DNA from: Lytechinus pictus | Taxonomy: Eukaryota | DNA length: 64,000 nucleotides | Reading direction: 5' to 3' | NCBI RefSeq assembly: GCF_037042905.1 | Contig: NC_087251.1 | Location: 248,001-312,000, forward strand | In this document: piece after piece, positions 40,962 to 51,988 of the stretch | How positions within the stretch are numbered: position 1 is the stretch's first letter | How the letters are laid out: each line of letters begins with the position of its first letter | The notes under the pieces: model-generated | Database searches by the model: none | Told to the model about the DNA's origin: nothing | What the model saw: the letters and a program-made list of their open reading frames with translations, nothing else | Position numbers and translations under genes: made by a program

Positions 40962-43584
40962 CAGTGCGTATAAAAAAAAATGGGACAGATTTGAAAAGTC
41001 TATAAAATTTTGTTTCAAATTATGATGTCTATATTTTGGTGTTAATAGATGCTCTAAAGCCCCAGTCACATATAGACACGGATCCTCACGGATCAACACG
41101 GCAACGCCGGCATGATCCGGGGAGGTCCGGGATTGTTTTGCCCCGGATTAAGCGTTGATGACTGTAAACACGGTATCTACACGGCATCTTCACACGGATC
41201 TACACGGACCATGCCGGCAGAGCACGTCGTCAACACGGACCTACACGTCAGCAACACGGACCAACACGTCAGCTACACGGACCAACACGTCAGCAACACG
41301 GACCAACCCGTCAGCTACAAGGACTAACACGGACCAACACGTCAGCTACACGGACCAACACGTCAGCTCAAGGACCAACACGGCAGCTATATTGACCAGC
41401 ACGGCAAATGAAAATCTGCTCATAATAATGAGCTGATATTTATTTAATTTTCTCATCCTTGTCGCAACATTTTATTATGTTGTTTTTTAAAAAAGATATC
41501 AAAACTTAAAACTTCCTTAACCAGTAAAAACGCTGTTTTTTATACAACGCAGTTTACTGTTATAACAGTAGTTGTTAAGTACTTTAAATATTGAACGACA
41601 AATTTAATTTCGTTTTGATTTGATATCACTTTATTGAAATCACAGTAAAGGAAAGAAATTTACAAAGTCAATAGAAAACATAATAAAAATTAAGATAGGC
41701 CCAGGTCATGACGCATATATAACTGTCGATGCAGGGCAGTGGTATAAAACTTAATGTACAATTTTGATGTAACAGGTACATAACATTTATTTTAAGAAAA
41801 TGAAATGTGAAATAGTAATAACAGACAAAGTTGGGGTAAATAAAAAAATTAAAAAAAAGAATTATTGATACATGCACTAAGTTTACAAATATTAGGTTGG
41901 GGCCAATCTCCAAAGCGTAAGAAAATATCCTGAATCGTTAAATCATCCATTCAATCATAAATAAATTAAGCATGTTTGTGTCAACTGTTTAACAACTCCT
42001 GAAAAGTTCATAAAGTAAATAGCGTTGTAAAGATTTGATGGGAAAAAAGAACACGGACTGCCAAGGATACTCCAGGCAGCCTCACGGCAGCTACACGGCA
42101 GCCATACGGACCATCCCGGATGGCTTTGCCAACCCGGCAGTCCCGGATGACGCCGGATGTTTTTGACAGTCAAAAACTGCCGTGTTGGCCTCCCGGACGT
42201 TCAAGGACCAACACGGACCACCCCGGACCTCCAAGGATGCCCAAGGCGCCAACACGGATCTCTCCCCGGACCACCCCGGATCAGATCCGGGATGGTCCGA
42301 GGTGGTCCGGGATCTATATGTGACCGGGGCTTAAGGTCTTATCTTTCAAACGCTATTTAAAAAAAATAATTTTCCTTCATGCTTGAGCGAACACGGAATG
42401 TTTTTGTCTGGGATTAAAAAGGAGGCTTGTGCCAAAATTATAAATATGATGATCGGACTTCTTGCTAATTAGTAGACTTCCTCTTAACCTTTTCATTATC
42501 TTTGCCATAATTTTCAAATCATGCAGTCAAAATTCATTTTCAGATCTATTTATTTGCTTGAATTGTTCTATTGTTGTTTCTTTTTAATATGCTCTCTGTT
42601 AGCTTTGAATATTCCTTCTTCAAGCTAAAACAATTTTGTTTCAACCGAAGTATGGGAGAGCGTGGATTTTTTTCAAATCCCTTCATTGTGTGCTACAAAG
42701 GTTATGGTGCCTTTTGAACAGTGCCACACAGATGGGCGGGGGCTCGGGATGCTCCCCCTCAATTAAACAAATCATGACCAAGAAAAAAAGTGGACAGGAA
42801 ATAAAAGGAAAGATAGAAAGTAAAATATTATATTATTTTCTGAATATTATGTCATAATCTATCACAAAATTTGATACTGTAATAAAAAAGTGGGAATATT
42901 TGTGTGCTCACTTCGCTCGCTCACAACTTTTTAATACATTTTACCCGATCTGCCATATCTAGCTCCTACAAAATTGACTCAATAAACCATTGCCATTGAA
43001 AAACATGAATCCCTCCGTTTGTCCTGTCAAGCATATAATTAAACTTGGTCAAGGAATCAATTACCCCTTGAAAAATAGATTCATGTCTTTAAAAGGTACA
43101 TAACATAATTTGTTTCACATAATAAAAGGATTTGAATAATCACAAGTTTTCCCAATTAATAATGCAAATCTTCTTGCTTGGGTTGACAAAAAAATCTTCT
43201 TTTCTCAGTTACTTATGAAGTTAAATTAAAAGGTAAGACAAGTTTAAATGAAAAAACAAAATAATTCACGGAAATAAATAAATTTGTAAATAAAATTTGA
43301 CAGCACAATTTAAAAAATGTGGCACAGATAATGAAAAAGTCAAGAGGAAGTCTTTTGATTTCCAAGAAGTCTGATCATCATATTACTCATATTCTGCAAT
43401 TCTGGCGCAAACCTCTTTTTGAACCCCTAACTAAAACGTCCCGCATGTACAAAATTTATTTTTTAATTGCATTTCAAAGATAAGACCTTAGAGCACCTAT
43501 TAACACCAAAATATAGACATCATAATTTGAAACAAAAATTTTATAGACTTTTCAAATCTGTCCCGGTTTTTTTTATACGCACTG
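40962..43584. mobile_element. Tc1/mariner-like non-autonomous element with long TIRs
   Basis: TA-CAGTGCGTATAAAAAAAA..TTTTTTTTATACGCACTG-TA; inverted similarity extends more than 100 bp. Confidence 0.88.
41058..42331. mobile_element. PIF/Harbinger-like element inserted in the mariner TIR; internal 21-bp repeats
   Basis: TSD TAA. TIR AGCCCCAGTCACATATAGA / TCTATATGTGACCGGGGCT. CACGGACCAACACGTCAGC(A/T)A repeats at ~41230-41400. Confidence 0.85.
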
Positions 43585-43610
43585 TAGAATCGGTCAGTAC
43601 CATGTTTTAC

Positions 43611-44045
43611 CAAAGATACTACAAGGGGAAATCAAAAGTACATAGAGCATGCAATGAAACGCTTGGGAAGAGCACCCTACAGTGTTGAGTATGTAACAAC
43701 TTTTTTTTTACCTTTGCATATCGCGATCTGGTAGTGCACAAAAAATAAGAGAGAAATCGTGAAGGGGTGAAGGAATAGACGATTTTTACATTTTTTTTCT
43801 TAAATTAGAGATGAATATGTTTCAGAGTTTTCTGGGTAATAAGAGGTGGAATTATTCCCATAAGCCGCCCTTGTGCCCTCTCCCAAATCCCTTCTCTCAT
43901 TTTCCCCATATTTTTTATACACAGCTGCATGCCTATGCGCGAAGGTTTACTTACTCAACGCTAGTGGGCGTCCTTCCCCACAAGCATTATTCGAGCATTT
44001 CAAAAAATCGCCGAAGTGTCCGATCTTCCCCTTGTAGTACCTTTG
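43611..44045. mobile_element. P-superfamily-like MITE
   Basis: TIR CAAAG(A/G)TACTACAAGGGGAA. 7-bp TSD GTTTTAC at 43604-43610 and 44046-44052. Confidence 0.8.
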
Positions 44046-44233
44046 GTTTTACTCACATTTTTGATGATATTTGCTTGCAAAATGATATCGTGATGCTGTT
44101 GAGAAGTTCGGATTTTTTCGGAAAGGGCGCTTACGGTGACCAATCTGCTGCTGATCTTTTTTTCAACATATTCATGACTACTGAGCTCATCCTGAAGAAA
44201 GTTACGCTATAGTAAAGGGTAATATATGGTCAC

Positions 44234-44516
44234 CAGGATTTCCACAGAAATTTGTAAACTGAATTCCATGACTTTTCCATGACAAAATTGCTGCTTTCCA
44301 TGACTTCCCGTGACATCCTGGGAGTTACATGTATGTAAAATTTGGGATGTCACAAAACTGGGAAAAATGGAAATCATGTACACCGATTGTAATTAGCAGA
44401 GTATGATCACAGAGTATGAGAGTAGCAAGACGAGACAAACTGGAAAGCTGCCATAGCCACGAGGGAAATGCAATTCCATGACTTTTCACAAATTTTCCAT
44501 GACTGTGGGAACCCTG
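44234..44516. mobile_element. hAT-like MITE with 5-bp TSD
   Basis: Ends CAGGATTTCCACAG / CTGTGGGAACCCTG, TSD GTCAC, internal TTCCATGAC repeats. Confidence 0.7.
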
Positions 44517-45805
44517 GTCACTTTACAAGTTGATGATGTCAGATTTTAAAGATACTGAATCCTTTTTTTAGATGACCATCTGCTAAGAATGGACACACAC
44601 AAAGTTTGGACTCGCTGCCATACATTAAATTTCTAACTGCAAACACAACATACATTTCTGCTGTTTTTGCTGTAGATCCTACAAAAAAGGGGAAAGTAGG
44701 CCTATATGGAATTCTAAAAATTACCAGCAAAGTTCTGCGATAAGCAGCTGAGTAAACAACCCAAAAATTATGTCTTCTATATTAGGCATTTAGTTCTATT
44801 TACACATAAAACTGCAATTGATTAAGAACAAAAATCTTTTTTTTCTAACCAGCTTTTTCCCCCAACCCTCTGCAACATGAGAAAGCAAATGTATGTTTTG
44901 AATATACATACTATGTACACAACTTAACCAAGGACAATAACAGCTACACATCACAACAAACAGTACAATTACAATAAAACAGAAAACGAGTGCTAAAATG
45001 ATTAAGATTTAATTACTACCATTATATGCATAAAAAGTAGCAACTACTTTTGCTAGGCTTTTGCTTGGCTTTTGCTTGATTCCATATGCATAAAAATGAG
45101 AGAGCAAATTCTTTTGCTAGTAAGCTCAAGCAATGCTAACTGCCAGCTAGCATTTGCTTGATGATTAACCTCTTGCTAAACAGCGCACGCATAAAGCAAA
45201 CCATTCTTTGGGGCTTTTAAGCATTAGCCCAGGGTTTTTATAGCGGCTTGAGCGTTTGCTTGAATGATAAGGGCATTCGCGTGTTTAATCGTGTTTATGC
45301 AAGGTGTACAGTAGCCTACATGCACGTTTTCTTCCTAGTACAAACCGATTGCCAATTGTATATGATTTCATTAATTAAAAACAAGTTAAAGGAATAGTTT
45401 GACACCACCTGTAAGGAACAGATGTTAGATGTACATGAGAGATGCAGGATTTTGGACTGCCACCCCTTTGCATTCGAGTCCTGCCTTTGTTCTGTGAGGC
45501 ATGTTTGCACCAGCGCGATGTTGCAATTATTCAAACCGCTAGCAAATTGTTTTCTGAAGGCAAGAAAAGGGTTCAAGCAAAGTGTTATGCATACAAAATA
45601 AAGCAATGGCTAGGTCATGATCTTTTTACTTGGCTAGCAACTGCTCATGCTTGTAGCAATTACTTGCAAGCACAAGCAATTGAAGAAATTTGATGAGACA
45701 TGGTATTTTCAATTCAAAGCTAATTTTAAATAAATATTCATACTTCTAAATCTGATCTGCATGTAATTCTTGTTGCCCTTTGAAAACAAAGAAAGTAAAA
45801 ATAAT

Positions 45806-46524
45806 AAGAATAGCTGAATTTATACAGCATTTTTTGCCAGAGAAATATACAAAGCACTGCTATTATTACCGTGACTTCAGCTCCAGCTACCACTTTTTCA
45901 ACAGCGCTCAGTGCATTCAAGGAATTAATCCTGCCAGGTACCTATTTACAATATACTAGTACCTCAACTGGATCAAGTGCAGCACAGTGTGCATAATTTT
46001 CTTGCTGAAGGAAAACATGCCATGGCTAGGATTCGAGCCTGTGACCCTCTGTTTGAAAGGCGACAGTCAGTCACTAAACCAAGATGCACCCATGGATAAA
46101 CAAGGCATAAGCGATGTTGTGTCTCGCCCACTTGTGAAAGTAAATGGAAATATCGGGATTTGCAAGAATAGCTGAATTTATACAGCATTTTTTGCCAGAG
46201 AAATATACAAAGCACTGCTATTATTACCGTGACTTCAGCTCCAGCTACCACTTTTTCAACAGCGCTCAGTGCATTCAAGGAATTAATCCTGCCAGGTACC
46301 TATTTACAATATACTAGTACCTCAACTGGATCAAGTGCAGCACAGTGTGCATAATTTTCTTGCTGAAGGAAAACATGCCATGGCTAGGATTCGAGCCTGT
46401 GACCCTCTGTTTGAAAGGCGACAGTCAGTCACTAAACCAAGATGCACCCATGGATAAACAAGGCATAAGCGATGTTGTGTCTCGCCCACTTGTGAAAGTA
46501 ACCGGAAATATCGGGATTTGCAAG
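45806..46524. repeat. 358-bp tandem duplication containing an antisense tRNA-SINE and a HINE head
   Basis: 45806-46163 is nearly identical to 46164-46521, with AAG at the junctions. The minus strand shows GGTTTAGTG..GGCTCGAATCC boxes. Confidence 0.9.
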
Positions 46525-47385
46525 GGCATGCAACAGAATTGTATTAAAGGTTCATTGTAAAATAAGTGGGATGGAAAAACATTTGTCATAAGATTCTTGC
46601 ACGCAAACTTTAATGTTGACCTCAAAATGAGACTTGACCTTACCATGTGACCTCTGAACAAAATAACATGCAGGTCTCTTAAGTACAGCTACAACCCAAG
46701 TTTGGGTGAAAAGTGACTTACAGTTGCGGAGTTATGTCATAACAATGATCTCAAAATGACCTTTGACCTTGCCATGTGACCTCTGACTGCGTCATGATAT
46801 GCAGGTCCCCTAAGTACATCTAAAACCACAGTTTGGGTGAAAAATGAATTACGGTTGTGGAGTTATGTGTCATTATAGGGTCTTGCACGTGAACTTTAAT
46901 GTTGACCTGAAAATGACCTTTGACCTTACCGGGTGACCTCTGACTGCAGCATAGCATGCACGTTCAATAACTACATCTACCATCCAAGTTTGGCTGAAAA
47001 GTGACTTACGGTTGTGGAGTTAAGTGTCATAAGAGAGTCTTGCACGCAAACTTTAACATTGACCTGAAAATGACCTTTGACCTTATCATGTGACCTCCGA
47101 CTGCAAAATAACATGCAGGTCCCCTATTAAAGTACATCTACCATCCAAGTTTGGTTGAAAAGTGACTAACGGTTGCGAGCTATGTCATAAGAGAGTCTGG
47201 CACTTAATGTTTAATGTTGACCTGAAAATGACCTTTGACCTTACCATGTGACCTCCAACTGCAGCATTACATGCAAGTCCCGTTAATACATCTACCACCC
47301 AAGTTTGGTTGAAAAGTGATTAACGGTTGCGGAACTATGTGTGATAATGTTTGTGACGGACGGACGGACAACATTTGGATCCCTT
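46457..47385 (+). mobile_element. HINE family C copy 2
   Basis: Homologous to 7479-8165, with more core units; the 3' hairpin is missing. Confidence 0.75.
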
Positions 47386-48700
47386 AATAAAATCATAACA
47401 AATCATCAAACCAAAGAAAAGCAGAGTTCTCTAACAAAAAGTTGCAAAAAGCATTGTTCTTTTATACATGATACAGATATGAGAGTAAACATGCATTATA
47501 CATACATGTCTCAACTTCAAATAAGGAAATTTTCTATAAAAAGTTAAAAAGAAAAAAACAAAGAAGTCAATACCATGTAATGTTACCTTTTCACAAATTA
47601 CATGTAAGTTGAGCCACATTGTTTATGAAACCTAGCGACAAAAATAATTTCTCTGTGAAAGTTTGTGGGTCTGAGATTTAAAGTTATGTTGCATCATGTC
47701 GGAACAGGCCTTTTACAGTGAAATTGTTAATTATCACACCCAAACCACACAAAACATCACAAGCATGTCAATTACATTCTGTACATGAAAGCGTACATAA
47801 CACACAGTTCTAAGCAAATTAGTATGATCCCAATTTCCCCATAAATATTAATCAAACAGGGTCACAACTAATAAGCACATCACCAAACACACTCATTAGT
47901 CAATAACAAAAAGCAGTTTTAAAGCACCTTCAAATCATTTTTAATCTATTCAATAAAAGCTGACAAGAAGAAAGAAATATAGCATAACATACATGTAGAA
48001 AAGACTCACCTCCTGTTTGTGGGTAGTCATGAGAACAGGCAAGCAAATGTGACAAAATGTTTAGGTTAGGGATTATAGCATACAATACAGTTAGAGCCAA
48101 ATAATTCAATTTCAACTGAGTCAGAATTAAACATAATTCCATGCCAAATCAAAAGAATGTTGATTCCAATGCAATATGTTTATGTGTGTGATATCATTAT
48201 ATACATGTACAAGGGTATTATAAACAAAATTCCACTTTTCCCTTAATATACCATAATTCATATGGGGTACTTAGCGTAAAAATAGTTGATTAAATAAAGC
48301 TAATAACTTATTGAATGTTATTGATTATTAACCTACCACCAAAATTATTCTTCAGAAATTATGAGAAATCATAATACATTCTTATCTGTGCTTTGAAAAG
48401 TTGTTTAAAAAATGTAATTTCATATTGTCACAAAGAGAATCGTATTAACATTATCATAGGCACTTGTTCTAAGTGATTGATATTTCTCACATGTACATGT
48501 GCCACTTACAAAGAAAATTCTAGATTAAGACAATACTTAATCCACAAGCCAAATGTCTTATCATTAAGAAAATTAGCTCTGCGCAATAGCCACAATCTGA
48601 ACAAAGTTAAAAACAAAACTTTACTTCAGAATTCCTTTTAATTCATTTGATTGAGGCTATCCTATAAATAGTTTGAAGACTAATAACCCAGGGTTTAAAT

Positions 48701-49743
48701 AAACAAGAGGAATGTCTCTGGCAGTCTCGCCTGCATAATACATGTACACAATTAGATATTACAATACCAGCAGTGCTGTCTTTGAAACAGATCATGTGAC
48801 TGAACAACTTGTGCTATATAATCAGTGATACTTGATTACCCATATGCCCAAGTTTCATGCAATTTACTAGTACATTCAAAGTCATTTCAATATCATTTCA
48901 AAACTTAACTTTGGTTTAATAAGATTTCACTGTTGATACCATAGTATAGTCAAAGTTCATTGACCCTAAATGACCTCTGACCTTGATTATGTGACCTGAA
49001 ACTTGTGCAAGATCAGTGGTACTTGATCACTAAAATATGACTGATGCCAAAAAAAAAGAAATGAGAGCGAGTTGAACAAAAACTTGACCTTTTGAACCTT
49101 AGATGACCTTTAAGCCCATCATTGTCAACATCACACATGTCGTAATACTAAAGGATCCTTTGAGCCAAGTGTGATCAAACTTGATGAAATAAAGAAATGA
49201 GAGTAAGTTGAATAAAAATTTCAAAAAAGGATGGACATGACCTATTATTTGACCTTTTGACCCCAAGATGACATTTGACCCCATTAACTTCATGGACCCA
49301 CATGTGGTTTTACCCAAGGACCATATGTACCAAGTGTGAACATAATTGACGGATAGTTGAATAACTTGACCTTTTGACCCCTAAATGACCTTTGACCCCA
49401 TCATCATAATGGGCACACATATGGTATTACCCAAGGATCCTTCGAGCTAAGTGTGATCGAAATTGATGAAGAAATAAAGAAATTAGTGTAGGTTGAACAA
49501 AAACTTCAAAAAAGGATGGACATGACCTTACATCATTTGACCTTTTGACCCCTAGATGACCTTTGACCCCACCATACTCATGAGCACACATGTGGTATTA
49601 CTCAAGGATCATGAACATAATTGGTACAGGAATAATATATGCATGAGAGCAAGTTGAAAAAAACATTTATGTAACAGAGCAAAAAGACTAACAGGAAAAG
49701 TGATCACTAGGTCTCGTCTATACTACGTTCAGGCGAGACAAAA
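48701..49743 (+). mobile_element. Degenerate HINE family B head followed by a further HINE
   Basis: Head AACAAGAGGAATGTCTCTGGCAGTCTCGCCTGC, TGACCTTTTGACCCC units, end GTCTCGTC..AGGCGAGACAAAA. Confidence 0.6.
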
Positions 49744-49944
49744 ATAAAAGTAAAAGTAGAGTATTTTGTAACTAGAATTTGGATATAATTTTTAATAGTT
49801 GCCAATCACAACTCATGTCTATCTTGAACTATTATATTTGAAAATTTATAGTCATATGGAAGTGGTCTTCCGTGGAAGACCAAAACTTATTGGTGAATGG
49901 GGAACCTTGACGAAATAATATTAAAAAAGGCAATGCAATGCCAC

Positions 49945-50225
49945 TCCCCTCCCTCCCTCTCTCCCTCTCTATTCCCTCCCTCCCTCTCTCTCTCTCTCTC
50001 TCTCTATTCTCCTCCCCCCCCTCCTCCTCCTCCTCCTCCTCCTCCTCCTCCTCCTCCTCCTCCTCCTCCTCCTCCTCCTCCTCCTCCTCCTCCTCCTCCT
50101 CCTCCTCCTCCTCCTCCTCCTCCTCCTCCTCCTCCTCCTCCTCCTCCTCCTCCTCCTCCTCCTCCTCCTCCTCCTCCTCCTCCTCCTCCTCCTCCTCCTC
50201 CTCCTCCCTCTCCCTCCTCCTCCCT
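49945..50225. repeat. Polypyrimidine tract: (CT)n followed by ~60 CCT units
   Basis: Uninterrupted CCT run from about 50020 to 50206. Confidence 0.95.
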
Positions 50226-50490
50226 CATTTGATTTGAAAATAAGTTTTTGTGAAATTAAGCATAACATTAAAAAGGTCATAACTCTCTTATTTTACATCA
50301 GATTTCAGTGAATTTTTCAGCATCACACTTGTTTAATTTCTGTGTTTCCATTAAAAATGAATCTTCTGGTAGGTGTGCCCTTTAGAAATTACAAGAGGGG
50401 TAAATGTCACAAACCCAATACAAGAGAAATTTAGTTTCCAATACAGGATGTATGATTAATCAAGAATGTGTATCTTAATAGCGTTCATAC

Positions 50491-50581
50491 CTGATCCGAC
50501 AACAAGGTTGCTTCCATTCTATTGTGAAGTAAACCAGCTAAGTTTTCCTCATCCACCCTAGGAATACCACCCCGTCTGGCT
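50491..50581 (-). CDS. Probable exon 1 (first seen) of the coiled-coil/PDZ gene; candidate ATG at 50517 (MEATLLSDQ)
   Basis: Strong acceptor CTTTTCCATTCTCTGATACAG and donor CAG/GTATG. Open in the frame that joins exon 2. Confidence 0.6.
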
Positions 50582-50769
50582 CTGTATCAGAGAATGGAAA
50601 AGAGAAAGGGGGAAGACAAATAAAAAACACCAGATATCATAATTATGATTGTCACAATTTAATGAAGTACTAGTCAACTAGTGTATGATATGACAGTGAA
50701 TTATCGGTTGGTCTATTACCACAAGTTTGGTCTAATTTTTAGTTTGTCCATTTTCACATGGTCTAAACC

Positions 50770-51244
50770 CAGAGCTGCCAAGTTGTATTTTGCATTTTCA
50801 GTATTCTTATCCCCCAAAATCAGTATTTTGACAAAAAAATCAGTATTTTTACCGTGTGAGATAAATATTTTGTATTTTTCCCAAAAAAAGCGTATTTCAT
50901 AATAAAATGCTTGGCGCACTCGCCCATCACGGCGCTCAAGCTGCATGCAAGCTAAAATGCGCACTGCTCTTGCAGATGAAAAAAAAAAACATTGAAACTT
51001 GTGTATATCTCACCCTGGTTTTTACAAAATGATTGAAAAAAAAACAAGTTACCTGAAATTACATTGATCTAATAACCATATTTGTGTACGTTTTATGAAA
51101 TAGAGACATATATATTATAGAGATGATTTTTTTCAAGAAATTACGATTTTGTAAAAAAAAAAAAAACTCAATTTTTTTTTTTTTTTTTTTTTTTAAACGT
51201 ACTGCCGTATTTTGGTTGCAAAAACGTACTGGTTGGCAGGTCTG
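50770..51244. mobile_element. hAT-like MITE with 6-bp TSD
   Basis: Ends CAGAGCTGCCAA / TTGGCAGGTCTG. TSD TAAACC at 50764-50769 and 51245-51250. Confidence 0.75.
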
Positions 51245-51988
51245 TAAACCCATTTTGTCTACAACCAGTAATGCTGCTTTGTCCCATATTTAACCATTTT
51301 GAACACATTAATACATGTAGGAGAATATTAAAACATTTTTAAAAATCCAAATGTATAGTAGGGAAAAATTAAATATGATACGATTGTCTAGTATTAAGTT
51401 GAATTTGTTTTAAAAATTTGATTTTTGTATTCAAAAGGCCAAAAATTGTTGCTCACTCTTAGCTTCTTAAAAATGTTGCCCTCTAAAAATGTTTGGCTTA
51501 TTCCACCACTGATCTGACATCATGAAGTGTCCTGTATTTCGACTGCCCAAAATCTGGGCTCTGTAACACAAAGGTATGCAATGAATTGTAAATATGAAAG
51601 AACCGCACTCATTGGCTGCCGGTCAGTGTGCACATTCAATGATGATCTTGATTGGTCATTGGTATTTAGCGATTGATTGCAAACCTTTATGTTACGGAGC
51701 CCTGGTCACCCTGCTTCACACAGAAGCATAATTTTCAAAGTTTGATGATTTTGAAAGTTTAATCATTTTGAAATTCACAGGAATTTAAAAATGAGTTTAA
51801 TCATTTAAAAATGAGTTTTATCATTTTGAAATGATTAATCAATTTAAAAATGAGTTTAATCATTTTGAAATTCACAGGAATTTAAAAATGATTAAACTTT
51901 CAAAATCATCACAATTAGTTACACATCTCTAAAATGTTTAGATTTAGAATTTAAGTCAAAATTTGTCATAATCAGGGTTGGACTCATT

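Noticed and set aside
41112..42360. Thr/Arg/Pro-rich ORFs
   Set aside because: Derived from subterminal repeats of the Harbinger-like element.
44654..44678. Possible 25-nt exon with strong acceptor (DLQQKQQK)
   Set aside because: It would shift the frame between phase-0 exons, and read-through meets a stop; unsupported without RNA data.
49897..50280. Poly-Pro/Ser/Gly/Arg ORFs
   Set aside because: Translations of the (CCT)n microsatellite.
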